From contig OZ365113.1 of NCBI GenBank assembly GCA_977030845.1, positions 31,372,001 through 31,436,000 on the forward strand: a stretch of DNA of 64,000 bases, read 5' to 3'. Shown here one piece after another: positions 1 to 15,700 of this stretch. Made by a program: the position numbers and the translations under genes. Position 1 is the first letter of the stretch. Each line of letters starts with the position of its first letter. This DNA comes from Fimbriosthenelais zetlandica (taxonomy: Eukaryota). A model generated the notes under the pieces. It saw nothing but the letters and a program-made list of their open reading frames with translations. It made no database searches and was not told the origin of the DNA.

Positions 1-3000
1 CTCTGCTAACAATTAGTCCTATTTTACTTTACTGGACAAACATTTGTTCTGGGGTTTGTAAGATTTAAATCCCACACAAGCGGCGCAAAATGACCAAGTA
101 GTATAGAAAATAGGGAGCATTGAACTCCTGACACGTCAGAAGTATATTTAATGAAAGGATGAGAAGTAAAGGTGGATAAGAAGATGAATTGAATTTCAAG
201 TTTTATCTTGTCTCTCCCGGGGCTTTCATTTCATGACAGGTGTAGTGAGGAATAGGAGATCTCCTTATTACCTCATACTGCACGGCCCCACCAGGGAGAG
301 CCACCATTTTACACCACTTCCGCCTGTACTTCCGGTTTTACCACCACTGATCCGGAAGTCTACAATGGAAGCCATCTCAAGTGACAAAATCGGACGGATT
401 TTGTTGCCCTTTTAAAAACTTTGGCTCTTGTTAATTCCACTTTCCAATTAGCAGGGGATTCTCTCACATAGAGACCTCAAATGTATCTGAAGCATTAACG
501 TGAAACCTGTGGTATCAAGTGGGAACCAATCCACGCTTTCTTTTGTTTCACATGCATCCCCTTACCAAAAGATTTGATTTATTCTCTAGTTCTAACATTG
601 GCATAGAAATTGGCATCGAGAGCATATAATTACTATGGTAGCATTTCGATCGCTTTCTAACAAGTTATACGTCCTATCGTTTCAAATGGGATGTGCAGTG
701 GCAGTGCTCCAATAGCTGTTTCTACCATAGAGCCTCTCTGTCAGTGTATATGGATGCCTCAGCACGCTAGAGCCTAGTCTAAATATTGGTGTGCCAGGCC
801 ATTTACTGGAGCCTCAATCGAACCATCACTCCAATAACTAACAAATTACCCAGCAAAGATAGCAGAGGCAGGGGCCGAGGTCGAGAGGTATAGGCTAGCC
901 CTCCTCACTGACGAATACAACCCAGCCCAGACGAACCGTCCGCCAATTCATTCTCTGTCGAGCAGTGATCCCCGTTTTGCTAATTTTCGCCTGCTTTTTG
1001 TGTTCATCCATGCTTTCTCTAGGGGAGTCAGTGTGAGCAGGACCGAGCAGAACGATCACCCTGCATGCACCAGACGCCGGATTACGATCTGCTGATCCCG
1101 ACCCCTTAGTGCGCATGTGCAGCGAATATTGGGCGATAATTAGGCGGTCGCCGAGGCTGTGGGGGTTAATTTAGGTCATAACCGCCAGGGCAAGTCCGGT
1201 AGACACCCGCTTTGGGAGGGGAAGAGAGGGTGGGGGCCCGGGGTGTTATCGGAAATCGATGTCCCTTGCCCGATAACTTCCGGTTTTAGGTAATGTGTGA
1301 TGAACATAGCTAAAGGCTTGGGTTGGGGTCAGAACATGTAAAGGATAAGCATTGGATATGGGAAGGAATAGCAGGCAGGGGTGGGTGGAAAGGCAGTACA
1401 CCGAGGCCCAACACACAGATCAGTCATCCTGGTGAATAGATACTAAAGACAGATCATGAGGCTTCGGGGTTTTGATCATGATTTATTCACTCAGTGCCTG
1501 GTGTACCTTGCCTATCTTTCTTACAGGAAGAGAGAGTGTATAGAGGGTTCCAACGTTTAAGGTAAAAATCTAGTCGCGTGGAGAATAGGTTGGAAAAAGG
1601 CCCCGCCGGATTGGAAATCGATAGAAGTGTTCCAGCCCTGCCACTGAATAGCCAGCCATCCACAGAGGATAGTGTTTGAAAGCAAATCATTAAATTTGGA
1701 TTGGAATAGGGTAATTAACCGTGTACTAATTATAGCAGTCATGCTGTGAAAGACGTATCCACGCAGAGATATCGACAGAAAAAAATCAAAATACCAGTAT
1801 TTATACTGTGAAATGATGACGATTTCCGTCCATATTTTAATTCCTGATTTAGACAGGTTCAGAGATTTGATTTTGGTGCAAGAGCTCAAATGTTAGAACT
1901 GAATTTGTGCCAAAAACTGATGTTTTGGGGGCTCAGGCTATGAAGAGATTCAAGTGCACCTAATCTTTTCTGCAGTGAACAAAGAAAGCACAAATGAACG
2001 CAATGAGTCCTAAAGTTCATTTATAGAGCTTTGACTCCTATAATGCACCGCCTCAAAAGTATTATTTTTTCAACATATTACCCTGTGTCTCTGCCCTGGG
2101 ACTCGTCTCGTACCTATACGTGGGTGGAACAGAAGCGCATGTCGTTGTCTAGCCACTAAAGAAGCAAACATTTCTCTTGAAATCCAATCCCTGATAAAAG
2201 AGCAGAGTTTGGAAGGAAAAAATACCCCTTCCCTATATACATACGTGTCATGTAAGATAATTGGATTTTAGAGTGGAAAAATTCCAGATCCACCCATGCA
2301 CCGTTAAAAAGTGCTATTCATTAACTGGAACATAACTAAGGCATATACATGGCAATTATTTATAGTAGAGTCAAAGACGTTGGGAAAAAATGATGCCAGT
2401 GCTCATAAGATGGGAAAGTTTGAGACTTGCTTCTCATTCTTTTAGTACTGTATACTTGTCATGCCGAGCTTGTTTTGTTAGAGGTTTGCAACTGGAGACG
2501 ATTCCATGGTGGTATGAATGATACATGACGGTTGAGGGGTATACGGTGTTCAACAGGCAATGTGGCATCATCTGCTTAATTCTAGGAGTTTGTTCCATTT
2601 TCCCCAATACTGACTTCTTCAGACTTATTTTCTTACAGTAAAGGTGCATTAAAATACTTGAAAAATTCATGTAAGCCTTTTAGAAGATAAGGGCCAATTA
2701 CTGTTTAATGTTTAAACCTAGGAGAGAGGGTGTTGGAAGGGTTAGTCACGTAGACAGGTGATGGCGCTTTCGGGCACGGCTTAATGAATCTGATGTAATT
2801 TGAGGTTGGGTGGAGGTGCCAAAAACTGTCATTGTGTGGGAACCTTGACATAATTAAACAGAGGATATTCACTTCTCCCCTACCATCTAGCATACCGTGT
2901 GGAGATGTATAAAGCACCCCACACCCTACATACCAAATGGAAAAGAGAGCAAGGCCGCATTAAACTATCATTTAACACTTACTCATTACGCAAATAATGC

Positions 3001-6000
3001 CTTCTCCATTCATCTTCTGTATTAGCCTTCGCTAAATTAACACTGCCATATACAATTTAGTTTGTCATCCATTTACAAACTATACATATATTCAGTACAA
3101 TTCCCTATGCATTGGAATCAAATTAAGAAGAAACTAGGTGCCATAAATGCATGCAGTTGCCCTGATTGGGGAAGATTTCACCATGCTCTAGCCCCATCCC
3201 ATTGTATGAACCGGCTCTGTCATATTTACCAATGGAAATGTTTCTAGCCGTGAGATCATTGGAAAACACCTAGTCAGGGCCTTGGCCTTAATAGAAAGCA
3301 TCCACTTGGTGGCCATTTTACCATTGGAGAGCACCAAGAGGCGCAGAGATCTAATATTTAACTAGGAACGCTACGACTCCTTTACGGACTATATTTGGAT
3401 GATCTCAATTGTAGAGCTAAAGCTTTCAAACACGTTCTCATTATTTGCACAACATGTCCATTCACCCTGCACATTTATAGCATCTTGCTTCGACACGCAT
3501 GGTTGGACAAGGATTTTCCTTAAAGACCAGTGCTAAGCATATTCATACAGACCTTCTGCATACCCGAGCTGACTTGCAAAATAATAAATCTTCTGCATAC
3601 GATATGCAAAGCAAATCATGCATTCTAATTAACAGCAAAAAGTCCACCCATTATAAGGGTGCATGTAGTGTACAATGTGGTCTAGAAATCTTTCTTCAGT
3701 GGCTTTCATACATATACAAAATCCATCTATAACTTTATTTGCTCTTAGGACAATACATGCCATATTAATCTGATATGGGGATATTAAGATTCTGCGCAGT
3801 CTGTTATATTAACTTGCAAATGGTGCAGGCGGATGCCAGGCTTCGATTTCTAGAAGGATTAAAATCTGATATGATTTCTTCTCCCGCCATCAGATATATA
3901 TTATTCAGGTTTTAACCTCACATATGGGAAAAGTAAGAGTCTGAAGATATAGTCAGGTATATGACCTGATATTGGGGATGACTCTTAGGAGTCACATACC
4001 GTGTGATGATCCTATTCCAAAATGCTGATTTAGCCCTTTATAATTGAAATGCAGAGCTGACATGCACGACCCTGTGTGTACTTATGCATGTATTCTATTG
4101 TCGGCCAACTCCTTGAGATTCCATCCAAGCAATGGTGTACGGTCCATGCACTTATTTTATCTGACACGGGCTCCCTCCCATTATTGTATGATAAACATTC
4201 TATATGGGGATTACGCCACATACAAGACATCCTCTATATATATGTAATAGTGGTGCCCATAAGCTTGTATGTGATTCGGACCAAGTTGAGAAGTTAAGTG
4301 GGAGGTGAATGGTAATATATTGCATCCAAGTGTGGGAAAATGTAATATAAGGGACGTTCGCCTAAATTGCTTTTGGTAATTACAATGTGTCTTTTCTATG
4401 ACCAAAAAAATACCTAAGGAAGTAAATGACCTGTTTTTGAAATTACTAACAGGAGGTGGTTTCCTTCGCCCACGTTTTGGAAATTAGAACGGTTAACACG
4501 AGGAAAGAGGGCCAGACTTATAATTGCACAATATATATGTGATATATAATATAATGGAGCATACTAATGCATTCATTCACGAAAAAGCCTGGGGCTGTAA
4601 TTATCAAAGTTAGATGAGAGAGCGAGTTTGAATCATCATTTGTTGTTATTACTCAATTGTCCCTACAGACATATGGTATTTATCTCCATTAAAAACAAAT
4701 GTTTCATTATCTCCATTGCCTCAGCGATCATTTATCCTTCAATGATGGCTAAACAATAATGAAGTTCATTTAGCTGGGTACATGTATATACATGATTTGC
4801 TGCCTAGAAAGTTTTAAGTGCAATGGTAACGTATTATACGACCAAGAGTTATGATAATATATACAGTGATGTTTTGTTCAGGTGTGCTTATGGGTGAGGC
4901 TAGACTCGAGTCCCCTCAGAGAAGTAAGACAATACATAATTAGTGTAAAACAATAGGTAATTACTTTCCCCCTGATGGCCAAAACAATGCCTATGGGCCA
5001 ATTAGGATCACGATATTTAATTAGGGCGAGCGCATGATCCAATGCAGTATAGAGAAGGACATGTCACTCAGATGAAGTTTTTACCTGCTTGCTGGAAAGA
5101 ACTGGCAGACTTGTATATATTTTGCTACAGTTCCTGATGGTATATAATAAGATATTATAACCTATTATAAGTATTAAATCCCTCTTTCCCACTTTTGGCC
5201 ATTGAGGAAAATGACACTTGCTAGAAATAAAAAATAAACAGACATTGCTTATTTCCCTATATATATTTGCATTTTATTACAAGAAAAAATCAGTGTCTTG
5301 TTTTGCCACTTATTTTGCCTTCTAATGTGCTCCAGAAAATTACCAGTGACTGCGCCATACTTTAACATCTGGCCATTAAACATGGAATAAGATTACTTAT
5401 CATTTCACTGGCGTCGAGACAAAAAATGTAATGAAATGATTGAAGAGTGTCTTATTGTAACCCGGATTCTATTAACAACCCAGAATAATACCTTCATCCG
5501 ATGGGATTAATTTTTCCCCTCCTGATGATATTGCCAATTTATCCTGTTGTGAAGATGGAAGAGATCCTTAAGAAAGCCAAGTAATGAATTTTAAAGGAGG
5601 AGAAGCGATACTCTGACATTCATTACCACCGGCCCACTCGCACCATGGGCAAATGATCCCTCCCTATTGAAGGCTGGTCGCCCCGAGTTGTATGATAATT
5701 GATATAAACATTAAATACCCGAGGTAATTAAGCTCCCCTAATGGTTCCTTCTCACGCTCCTAACACAATGGAGTCAAAGCGTAACCATATACGTGGATCT
5801 TAGTCGCATTCACACGCTCTTATGGGAACAGGGTGCTTAGAACCAATTAACTCGCCTCGATGACAATCCAAGATGACGATTACCTCGCAGGGATTCGGAA
5901 AAAAATCCATGGGGAATAATAGGGATATGGTGCTGCTAAAACATAGATACAGGGATATCTGGCTGAAGGTGCATATATACAATCATATGCCATGGCATAC

Positions 6001-9000
6001 ATGCGGTGGATTTGTAGGGAACCGATTACCATTAGATTATTATACTAAGATATGTAAAGGCTCTTCTCTGTTAAAAAAGAAAATGTCTTTACAAACACAT
6101 CCATATGTGGACTGGCTGCCCCCCCCCCCCCCCCCCCCATCGTGAGTAACTATTTTAGTTGGATGAGCACAGAGCTGGATCTATATGAAGAGCAGCTCGC
6201 TAATTGCCTTTAAAGGCAGTGAGAATTGCTGGCTGGATGATATGTAGCCTGTGGAAATGAGTGGCAATGGGTTAATGTATAGGCGAGGGGGGCTGTAGTG
6301 GCCAGGTGGAGTAATTAAGACATTGGCAGGCAGATGAGGTATGGGAGGCTAGGCTACCTTAGCGGGCTGCTTGATTGGGATCAAGAGCTCCCAATAACCT
6401 CCCGCAGGATGTTTGTTTCGCGGGGTGTGAGGCGCCAGGCGCGACAGAAATGAGGCGATCACCCATTGTTTGTCCTTTCCCCCAATGCTTTTAACTCCCG
6501 CTCTCATTGTCCATAAACCGACAATTCAACCCTGGATTGTTCCTCTGTATTTTTCAACCCCTCCCTCCCTCCCAGTCCACGGCTCAATATTTCATATGGT
6601 GGCGAGTTATGGTAGCTGGAAATTAATGCCAATTAAAAAAGTGTTTTTCGGAAGTGTTTTTCTGATGAAAGTGGAAGAGTTAATGGCCCCGGCCGGCTGT
6701 TTGTCGAGCTTCATTACGCACGCGTCATATGCAAATGAGCGGAGCGCACCCGGTGCTCGTAACGATCAAAATGTAACATGTATATTAATTAAACTCATTA
6801 ACTTAATGTCCTTGCATCATCAGTCATGGTGATCTATTGGCTCATTACAGGACCTGCCATGGCAACTAGTTTGCTCATGATCGCTTTTGGCGATGAAGAT
6901 TAGTGAAAAATCCACAGCCATGAATCAGATAGGATGAAATCACAAGCTATGTGCCACGACATCAAATACCGATTGTGATCTCACTGCAACATCCTGGAGA
7001 ATCTCTCATTTAGCTGGAGAAAAACCAGTATGTTTGCTTTTTACAAGGCGCTCCCCGACAGCTCGCCAAGCAAAGCAAATATTCACACGGCACGTAAAAT
7101 ATATATAATCAGTAATTTGAGGAATAAAGCCCAAACTTTTCAAACTGTTCTCCCATAATTCATTCCCTTTCAGCAAATTATGTCATTCGTGGAAAATTCC
7201 CGTTTGAGCAATAACTTTTTTATTCTTGATATTCAAATTAATCAGAATATCTGATCTGTTGAATATACTAGAAAGGTGAAAGAAATTCATCATTCTCAAA
7301 TGAAAGGTCAACAGTTGGAAAATATTTATGAGACAATTGAAATTAGTCTGATCAGTTGCAAAGAGGATATAAAAAAGTATCATTTATATTCTTCTCTAGT
7401 TTTCATCTAGTAATGAGTATACTTTTTATTCCTTTGCTGCAACTGTTGCATTTCAAATAGGTCCTGTAGGATTTACACGGGGGTCCTGTAATTTACAATA
7501 GAGTTGAAATCAACTTTTCATTTTATCCATAGTTCTAGGCAAACAACTGGGAACCAAGCTGAAGGCATTGAAAGTTTCAAGAAGGCCCTCTTGGCCGATT
7601 TTTTTTCTTTCTCCACACACTCCCCAACGAAGCATATAAGAAGCCAGATGCGAACACAAATTTCTCTCTATGACTTGTTTTTTCTGCCCCTTGTTTTGCC
7701 TGTCTGTGGCTTGTTAAGAAAGGTTTAAAAGGCACCAGCGTTTAGCCTCTAGTGTTCTGGCCTATGTCTGAGCTATAGAATGGGGTGCACGATTTGATCA
7801 TTGTTGCTCCGTGAGAGTGGGAGAAAGAGAGAGAGTATAGGGAGAGGTGAGAGGGGCAAGTGATGGCATCCCAGTTGCTCATTAACATAGACCCCCGACT
7901 CATCTCTCCACCCTCTTACCCCCTGGCCCTGCCTGACCTACTTCTTGCACTCTCTCAACCCATGGAAACTTCACACAACAACACCAGACCCTTTTTCACT
8001 GTTCTATATCCGAATTAGGCTATAATGGAAAAAAACCTAGTCTTGTTTCACTTTCATGAATGAAGACATCTCATATGCTATTATGATACTTTAGAATGCC
8101 ATATGAGTTATATTTAGCAGCTGTATTTCACTTTCCATTGTATAAGTTCCCATTGAAGGATTTATTACAATGTAATAGTGTGGAACATCATCAGTTCTAA
8201 AACTAGTTCATGGTTGATTTCCATGTATTTTAATGTATAAACAGAGGTTGAGGATAGGAATCTGTGGTATAGATTGGTATTGAGGGTGTTTAGTCAGTAT
8301 CTGGTATATAATGTTTAGTTATCTTGAGGCGCCATCTGTAGCAGCATCACGTTGGTGCCTTATGGTTCCTGTAATCAGCACCCAGTCGACTCCAGACGTG
8401 GTAAGAGGTGATTAGAAACACGACTTCTCCACCCTACCATTTCACTACTAAATCACCCTTCCAAACTCCAATCTCCAACTATCATAACAAAAGCTATATC
8501 TCCACCCCACAAGAGCTGCTCTCGCGACTGTCCCCGTGGCACATCTTCATCGGAATCGTTCCATCCATGTGTGTTGCATCAAGGAATTGTTGTGAGCTGC
8601 TCAATATAGTTGGGGAAAGTTGAGTTATTTTATGCCTTTTCTCTGAGAGCGAGTGAAACTGGGTTAACCCTTCTGGAGTTGCTTCAACAGAGGGAGGTGC
8701 TCGGAGGCCCCCTGGAGCAGAAGGCGAGTCAGTTGATGCACTCAGCACATTCAGTGGTATATACGAGTAATCACCGCATCCAGCATTATATATACATCTC
8801 CCCTCTCTATACTATAGTCCACCTTTTTCCACAATTAACCCCGAGCCATTTTTTATCCCTGGCTTCCATGGAATATTGCACCTATACATTACAATCCCCG
8901 CAGAATCTTTAACTCCGAGGACATGGGGGTTATGAGTTTAAACCTGTTTAATGTCCACGGTATGTTACTTATTACCCTAGTGTGTGGTCAAGGGGAGGTC

Positions 9001-11819
9001 AGTGCAGATAAGATATGCCACCGGTCAGTTTTCTAACTGCCGCAGTCCAAGCCACTGACAGCTCCAGCCTTTCATAGCCAGGGTGCAGGCATTTTATTTG
9101 AAAAGGACCATTTGGAGTTGAACGCAGCCATTCATTCCACCGCCAGCTGCTTTGCCTATTCGCTCTGTTTTTGCGCGGCCTTTTATATTGTTTCGGCTGC
9201 TCGCCTGGTGTTTTTGTGTTGCATAAAAGACATGATTTGTATGCGGCTGGATTTGTTTTCCCCTCGTGGTTTTTTGAGGGTCAGTGGTAGGGAATGCGAT
9301 CCAATGACCCGTTAGAGGTTGATCCAAATCACAAGGATACTTTACTGGTGGAGAGAGACAGGGACAGGCTGGTGGTAAAGATAATGGATGTGACATACCG
9401 TTTGTAAGTACCATACATCAAACTATTGTTTGTAAACTATTTCACACTGCGGGGAAATTAAATTCACCTTATCCACCCTTTGGATACATTCAGTTGATTA
9501 TTTGAATCCATGGGCTCTGCCTCTGAGATATGTGTTCCATTGACCATCAAATTCACATGGAAATTTTCACTCTCAGACTGTAGAGAAAATAGGTCATTAA
9601 TTAGTCATATTTCACTGATGAAATATGATTTTAATTAGTCGGTATTGAGTTGGACAGGACAGGAAAATCCCATTAAAAGGTGGTTCGGACCGAGTAGTAA
9701 TTCCAGCATTAGAGGAATTTTATTAGTTCTTGCAAGCACTACTAAACAATGTAGTCTGTCTGTGTAGGAGCCAGGCCTCGTTTATTCCATGGTGTACAAA
9801 ATCTTGCCTGTTGAATTATTCACGGTATCACGGTAGCGAATAGCCTCCATAGGCGCAAACTAGTTGGATTAAAGGACTTGTACGCCTGGCATAATGAAAA
9901 GTTAATACAGGGATCGGAGGCAGTGTTTTCCACCATCTCACCCTCCCCATACATGATCCAGCCAAACTGTTGTTGGAAGCTGGCAAAGGGGCAGTGCATG
10001 TCAAACCCTTATCAACCCTCGTCCCAGAGGGGCCATGATAGGGAGTTGGATCCCTAGGGTTTCAAAAACACCCAGTTTTCCAGAGGCCAAGGAACTAAAT
10101 TAGTTTCACCTTTGCTCAATGGAAGATTTATTTTTTTATAAATCTTTTTAATATGATTAGATCAAACCTATGGAAATGATCGAATGTATATTCTTTTGAT
10201 GGATTTTCATTCAAACTAATTAAAGGCATTAGGAAACTGGCATTGTTTTTGGAAGATCCATGGAAACATGAACGACTGATATTGTTTACCCTATACAGAT
10301 CGTACCTGTCAGATCGCCCAGTCAGCCCCTACTCCCCTACCCCCCTCTCCCTCACTCACCCCCCCCCCCCCACCCCCCTCCTCCACCCCATCCGCAGCAT
10401 GAGGTTGGATTTTTTCCAGTAGCTGTTTACCCGGCTTGGCCTGGAGCCAGTGGAGGAGGGAGGTTAACAGTTCCCCTGTCTACACTCCCCACCAGTTTGA
10501 GTGCCAGAATCCAGTAATGTTTTGTAATGTGCATCCACTGGTATAAAAATGGGTCAAAGGAGACGTCGGTAGAGAAGAATCAATTGTGTGTGAGCCTCCT
10601 AGGTATTGTTCTAACTGGGCAAACAGCTGCTTCTTGACCCTACTTCCAAGCAAACCTACTTCTCCTCAAAGATGACAACCCAAATATTGCTTGTTTAAAT
10701 GATATTCATTCAGTCTTTGCCCTGGCATTCAGATGGTATCTGTTGAAGTCAATTTCCGATTTATTGATACCAATGAATTTAACTTACTTAGGTACAAGCC
10801 TGGTTTAGCCAATAGACCTCATTAAATTTGCAATTAATATCGACCAGATTGTCTTCCGCTTAAACTGGAATCTCCATTCAAAGCAGATATGGTCAAGAAC
10901 CTCATGAAATAACGTTGAAAGGTAGAGAAAATTGCCATCGGGACTCTGGAGATCTATGACTGGCCAATGTAAATGAACGATTATACTATCACAATTCACA
11001 ATCATTAGCGGGTGCTCCATACATTACAGGGCCATCCATGCAAGAAACGAGTTTGGGTTCATTTAAGATTATCCCATAAATTAGCGTAGAACAGAGGAGC
11101 GCGGGGGACGCGGGCTGAGATGTGTGATTCAGTGCTTACCCCTCCATTAGAGCCCCTGTCAAACAGCGCCCGGATTTTAGGGCCAACAACTTGACATCTC
11201 GTGCCCTCAATGCCCCACATGTTTTGACTGGGAGAGAGTAACAACGGGGCAAATAACAAAATCCCTGGGAAAATAGGAAAGGCCAAAGCCATTTTCCGCT
11301 GGCGAGGTTAAGTAATAACTCTGTGGACTTCACCAAGTCGTGCATGTGTGGTGCATTATAAATGCAAACATGCATCAAGGCATTCATGTTTGCTGCATCA
11401 CTTCCACAGGTATGTACATTTTGAACTGACTGCCTCTGTTGGGTATATGTTATATTGCACCTGAATACTATGCTCACCACTTGAATAATGTTTTAGTTTT
11501 GACAAGGAAGGTTATTTTTTTAATATATCACACTTCCTTTTTGAACCTTTGCCAGCGCCTTGACCGCACTGCTATAACCTATAGTGAGACCTCTGCCACT
11601 ATCGTTCAGTGCTTTGACATTGGCATCGGTTGACGGCAACTTACGGGTACAAACTGGTAAAAAAAAACGTGTATATATAAGGGCTCGCGTACGGAGCGCT
11701 CGCCGAGTCCCACCGAGCATATGTTACAGACAAACCAGCTGTCCCCTTTTCACAGTCATACTGCACCGTTTATCACAAAAACTGCGACCAGCGAGGCGCC
11801 CGCCAGAGTCGCTGATGGT

Positions 11820-11879
11820 TGACCTCAAGGGTCAGGGGCCAAAGGGCATAGGTCAAAGGTGAAAGGTCAATATGGGTCA
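11820..11879 (+). promoter_or_regulatory. Homotypic nuclear-receptor half-site array (six RGGTCA-like sites at a 7-bp period, plus two more)
   Basis: TGACCT caa GGGTCA g GGGCCA a AGGGCA t AGGTCA a AGGTGA a AGGTCA atat GGGTCA. Confidence 0.55.
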
Positions 11880-12609
11880 AAAGAAAAAAAATAGAGAGAT
11901 ATACAGGTATGCGATGAGGGATCGAGGGAGCATATGGGCCATAATATAATAGATATCATATAATGGAATGGTAAAATAATGTGTCGAGAATTGTTGAAAT
12001 TCCATTGGTTTAATAATAGGCCTATTCATTGCTCGATGAAATGAAAACCACCAAATGAAAATACACAGGGAAAAGCATGTTAAGTCAAAATATTATACAT
12101 GATTTCTAGGTCCCTAGGACTTGCTTATTCACCGTTGGTGATTACCATTCTGACAATTCCTAGGGACGGAGATACATTCCCCACAAATTGATAACATGTT
12201 ACCGGGGAGTGATATTAGCATACCTACACAGACTGAACCTATATAAGCTGAAGTAGATCACATTGCAAATGATACAGAAATACATTAACTTCCCACTGTT
12301 GTGTATCAGTGAGGTATAGAGAGATGTGGGGGGTCCTCGGTGGGGGACTGAGCGTCCTGTGATGATGGATATATCCTACATATCTACCCCGGTCATCACC
12401 TCTGATCCCTATATACACCCTTACTACCTCCATCTACCATTCACTCCTAACTTGTGTCATATTTAATTTTCTCATCCCATATCAGAACCCTGATATGAAG
12501 AGGCATAATATATTTCATTCATTATGATGAAATATTTTCTGTCCTTCCACATACCCATATCTTTCATCCATGTACATTGGCTACTCCCATAGTCTTGCCC
12601 AGCTGCAGG

Positions 12610-12755
12610 CCAATACAGACAGTTGCTCACTTATAAATTCAACTCATTCACACTGTTCACTCACTCGGGCTCACTCATTCAGTGCCTCCAGACAAGTCTT
12701 GGTAGAGTTGGTCGGTTTGTCTTTTCCATTAGTGAGACGGTTCTATAGGGTGAGT
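12610..12755 (+). promoter_or_regulatory. Candidate distal promoter and non-coding first exon
   Basis: CCAAT at 12610, TATAAA at 12632, TCACTC/TCAGT initiator-like motifs at about 12658-12683, then AGG|GTGAGT consensus donor at 12749/12750. Confidence 0.4.
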
Positions 12756-15700
12756 GTATGGTGTAGGTTGGTGGGGTGTCTGTGGAGAAATAAGCAGCCA
12801 AACCAAACAGTTATTGTGCTGTCCTGCTAATGCTGGGATCCAGTCTCCCCTGATCCTACTGATCTGATGTTACATGTGTGAATAAAGACAGGGGTGCTAA
12901 GCCAGTAGATAGCAAACAGGTTCTATCACCAACCCCCAACCCCCAACCCACCCTCTCAACCCAACCCAAATTCACCACACCCAAAGTACTGATCACTACT
13001 TGTAATCAGAGAATCGTTTTTCTATTTCATAACTTCGAAAATTATTTTTTTTAAGTTTCATATTCCTCCTATAAAAATGCCATATCAGCATATTTTCTCT
13101 ATAATGTTGTTACCGTATGAAAAATCAATAGATTTTCACCCATATATTTGATCGTTTATATGCCTGTGGCCACTCACTTAAAGATGACTGGGAAACTTAA
13201 GCAAGTGATCCTCAGAGTCCTTAATAAGAAGCCACCGGGAGAAACCTCACCTGTCCCTTTATTGCCTTCGAAATTAAAGCAATATACTTGATGATTAAAA
13301 TCTTAATGAACATTTCCTTAATCAGTCTGATTACGAGCAGACTGGAGAAGGCAATCACCTTGATGGCTTTGTCCTTGAAACAGTGCTCGAAATGTTAATG
13401 AAAAATCCAATCATTTTTTGAGAGAAGGGGTGCTTGTCCCAAATTCAATACTGAGGAGACACCTGATCTCTCACGTGTGTAAAGGCCAGAGCCTGGGCGT
13501 TAATTACACACCTGTCGACGAGAGAACCTCTATCTCTGCCGCGGGAAAGGTGCGGCTCCGATTTCAGAAAGGCCTAGGAAAACACACTAGTGAAATGCAC
13601 CTTAAACTTTTTACCCAACACAGATGAGCAGGGGAGAATTAGGTATCCTCTACTGAAACACAAGCTTTACGGCTCTACTGGGTCAGAAGGACTTGGTGAA
13701 ATGGAAATATTGGAATTATAGTTCCATATTCGCAGGGGATTATGAAGTGGTATTTTATTGTTTAACTATATAGGAAAACCTGAATTTAATATCTGCAAGT
13801 ATTAATGGGATTGGGCGGAATTACTTAAATGACATCAAAGCATTTGCTAAGGCAGCATTACTTTCTCCGATAATTATGCCCATAAATTTGTGAATAAATC
13901 TGATTAAATATCTCTTGGGTGATGCCAAAATGTTTCATTACTTCTGAAATTGGAATTTGATTTCAGTGAGCATATTTGAATGAGTTGCCTGTTTGGATTT
14001 TTAACGTTTTTCTTAATCGCCCACAACGGATTTTCACAGTCCAGTAGTCGGGCGAAATTAAAACAAGTTGGAGATAAGGTTAATTCTGAGGGAGAGCTCC
14101 TTTCTTAACAAGTGTTTTCATTTCTGGACGGTTTGGTCCCCGGCCTCACTTCACGGGTCAGTGAGTGTCATTGTTCTGAGCGGGGGGTAAAATTAAGGCG
14201 GGTTAAAACCCTTTCAGTCCCGTCCCCTCCGAGCTTCCTTCTATCAAAAGCTATCATTAATTCGTAGGACAAAACATAAATTAGCCCCACCTATTCTCTT
14301 CACAACACTGGCATTCCCTGAAATAACTGACAAGCTGGGAATTTTTTCATCTTCTTTCGAAATTCGGCCATGTTGGATATAAAAGAGTTTAATTTAGCAA
14401 CCGGTCAAGTTACTTCTTTAGACCTGCCCGAGTTCAATCCATATAATGAATATGTAATATGAATGTAAATTCTGCCTTGAGGTTTTTTGAGAGTGAGTTT
14501 TACTCTTGTTCACACACGTTCTTTATGGGGGGATGTATTTGTATGGGGAGGTCAGGGTGAATGATGTTTTACCCGCTCAATCTGGATGCATAGGTATTTT
14601 TGTGTGCAGTGTCAACTTCATTTTCTGCAGTGATTGTATGATCTTGAAGGGCAAGTTGAACCTGGTATAAGAGGGGTTAGGGACCTGACTGAGAGAGTTC
14701 CTGCACTGCCACCTGAAGAAGAATAAAAAAAGCCTTCAACTGACGTGGGACAATGTCAATATTGGGGCATTTCCAGCTCGACTGGATGTCAGTCTAGAGT
14801 TGACACAGCAGAATAATTGGGACACTGCAAGGTCCACCCCTCCCTCAATGCAAGCAAATACCCGAGTCTGAAATTATGGTCGGGCCAAAGCAAAAGCCAT
14901 GGCAACATAGGTCAGCAGAGAGAGGGAATGGGAGAGGAAGAGGAGGGAATGGTGAGACTTTTGTGTACCTTGTATGTTTTGTAATATCTTCCGAGTCTGC
15001 GAAGAGGACTCCCAACCAGAGCCGCATGTGCCATGGTCAAATAAAAGCTTTTGAAAATCACTGCGTGACAGGAGTGCCTAATGGGAGGGAAGGGAATTCA
15101 TCCGCGGGAGAATAACAAAATATGAGTGATATTAAACTGGTTTCTTTACGTGACGTCACTCGTGCTATAGCAACTATATGGAGGGGGAGATTATTTCGCC
15201 GGCGAAAGGATACATACTTCCGTTCGTGCCTGCGACTTATGTCGCCCGCGTTTTTCCACCAATGCAGAAAGCGCATATAAAGTGCAAACATTGAGAGCTA
15301 TTCTCTTAAAACCTGGGCCTGACTTTAAAGTGCTATTTTATTGAACATCCGAGCCATTAGCAAGAAAAAGAGCGGTGGAGTACTTAGCGCAGGGGACGGG
15401 TCTGCTTACTCTCCAAGCTGGACAAACACAGTCTGTCATACATATCACACTCTAAAGACAATTTCCTGTGGCTTAGCCTGGCTTCATTTGCTGCGGGATG
15501 AAAGTAGTTCCCCCGGCTTTTTTAATGAGAGAACTCTTTGATTTCTCCCCGCGCCAAATAGCTCCCCCTCCCCCACCTCACCGCCCCACTCAGTGAGAGA
15601 CAAATCAATCACAGAATCAGGAATTCCCATTCATCATTTCGTATAGGAACTCAATCTTTAACATAGTTATTCATGTTTTAAATTCACTCAACATTTCATT

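Noticed and set aside
8494-8811. Minus-strand 105-codon open frame with a protein-like S/P-rich sequence
   Set aside because: No domain, ATG start or convincing acceptor; this length is expected by chance in 64 kb.
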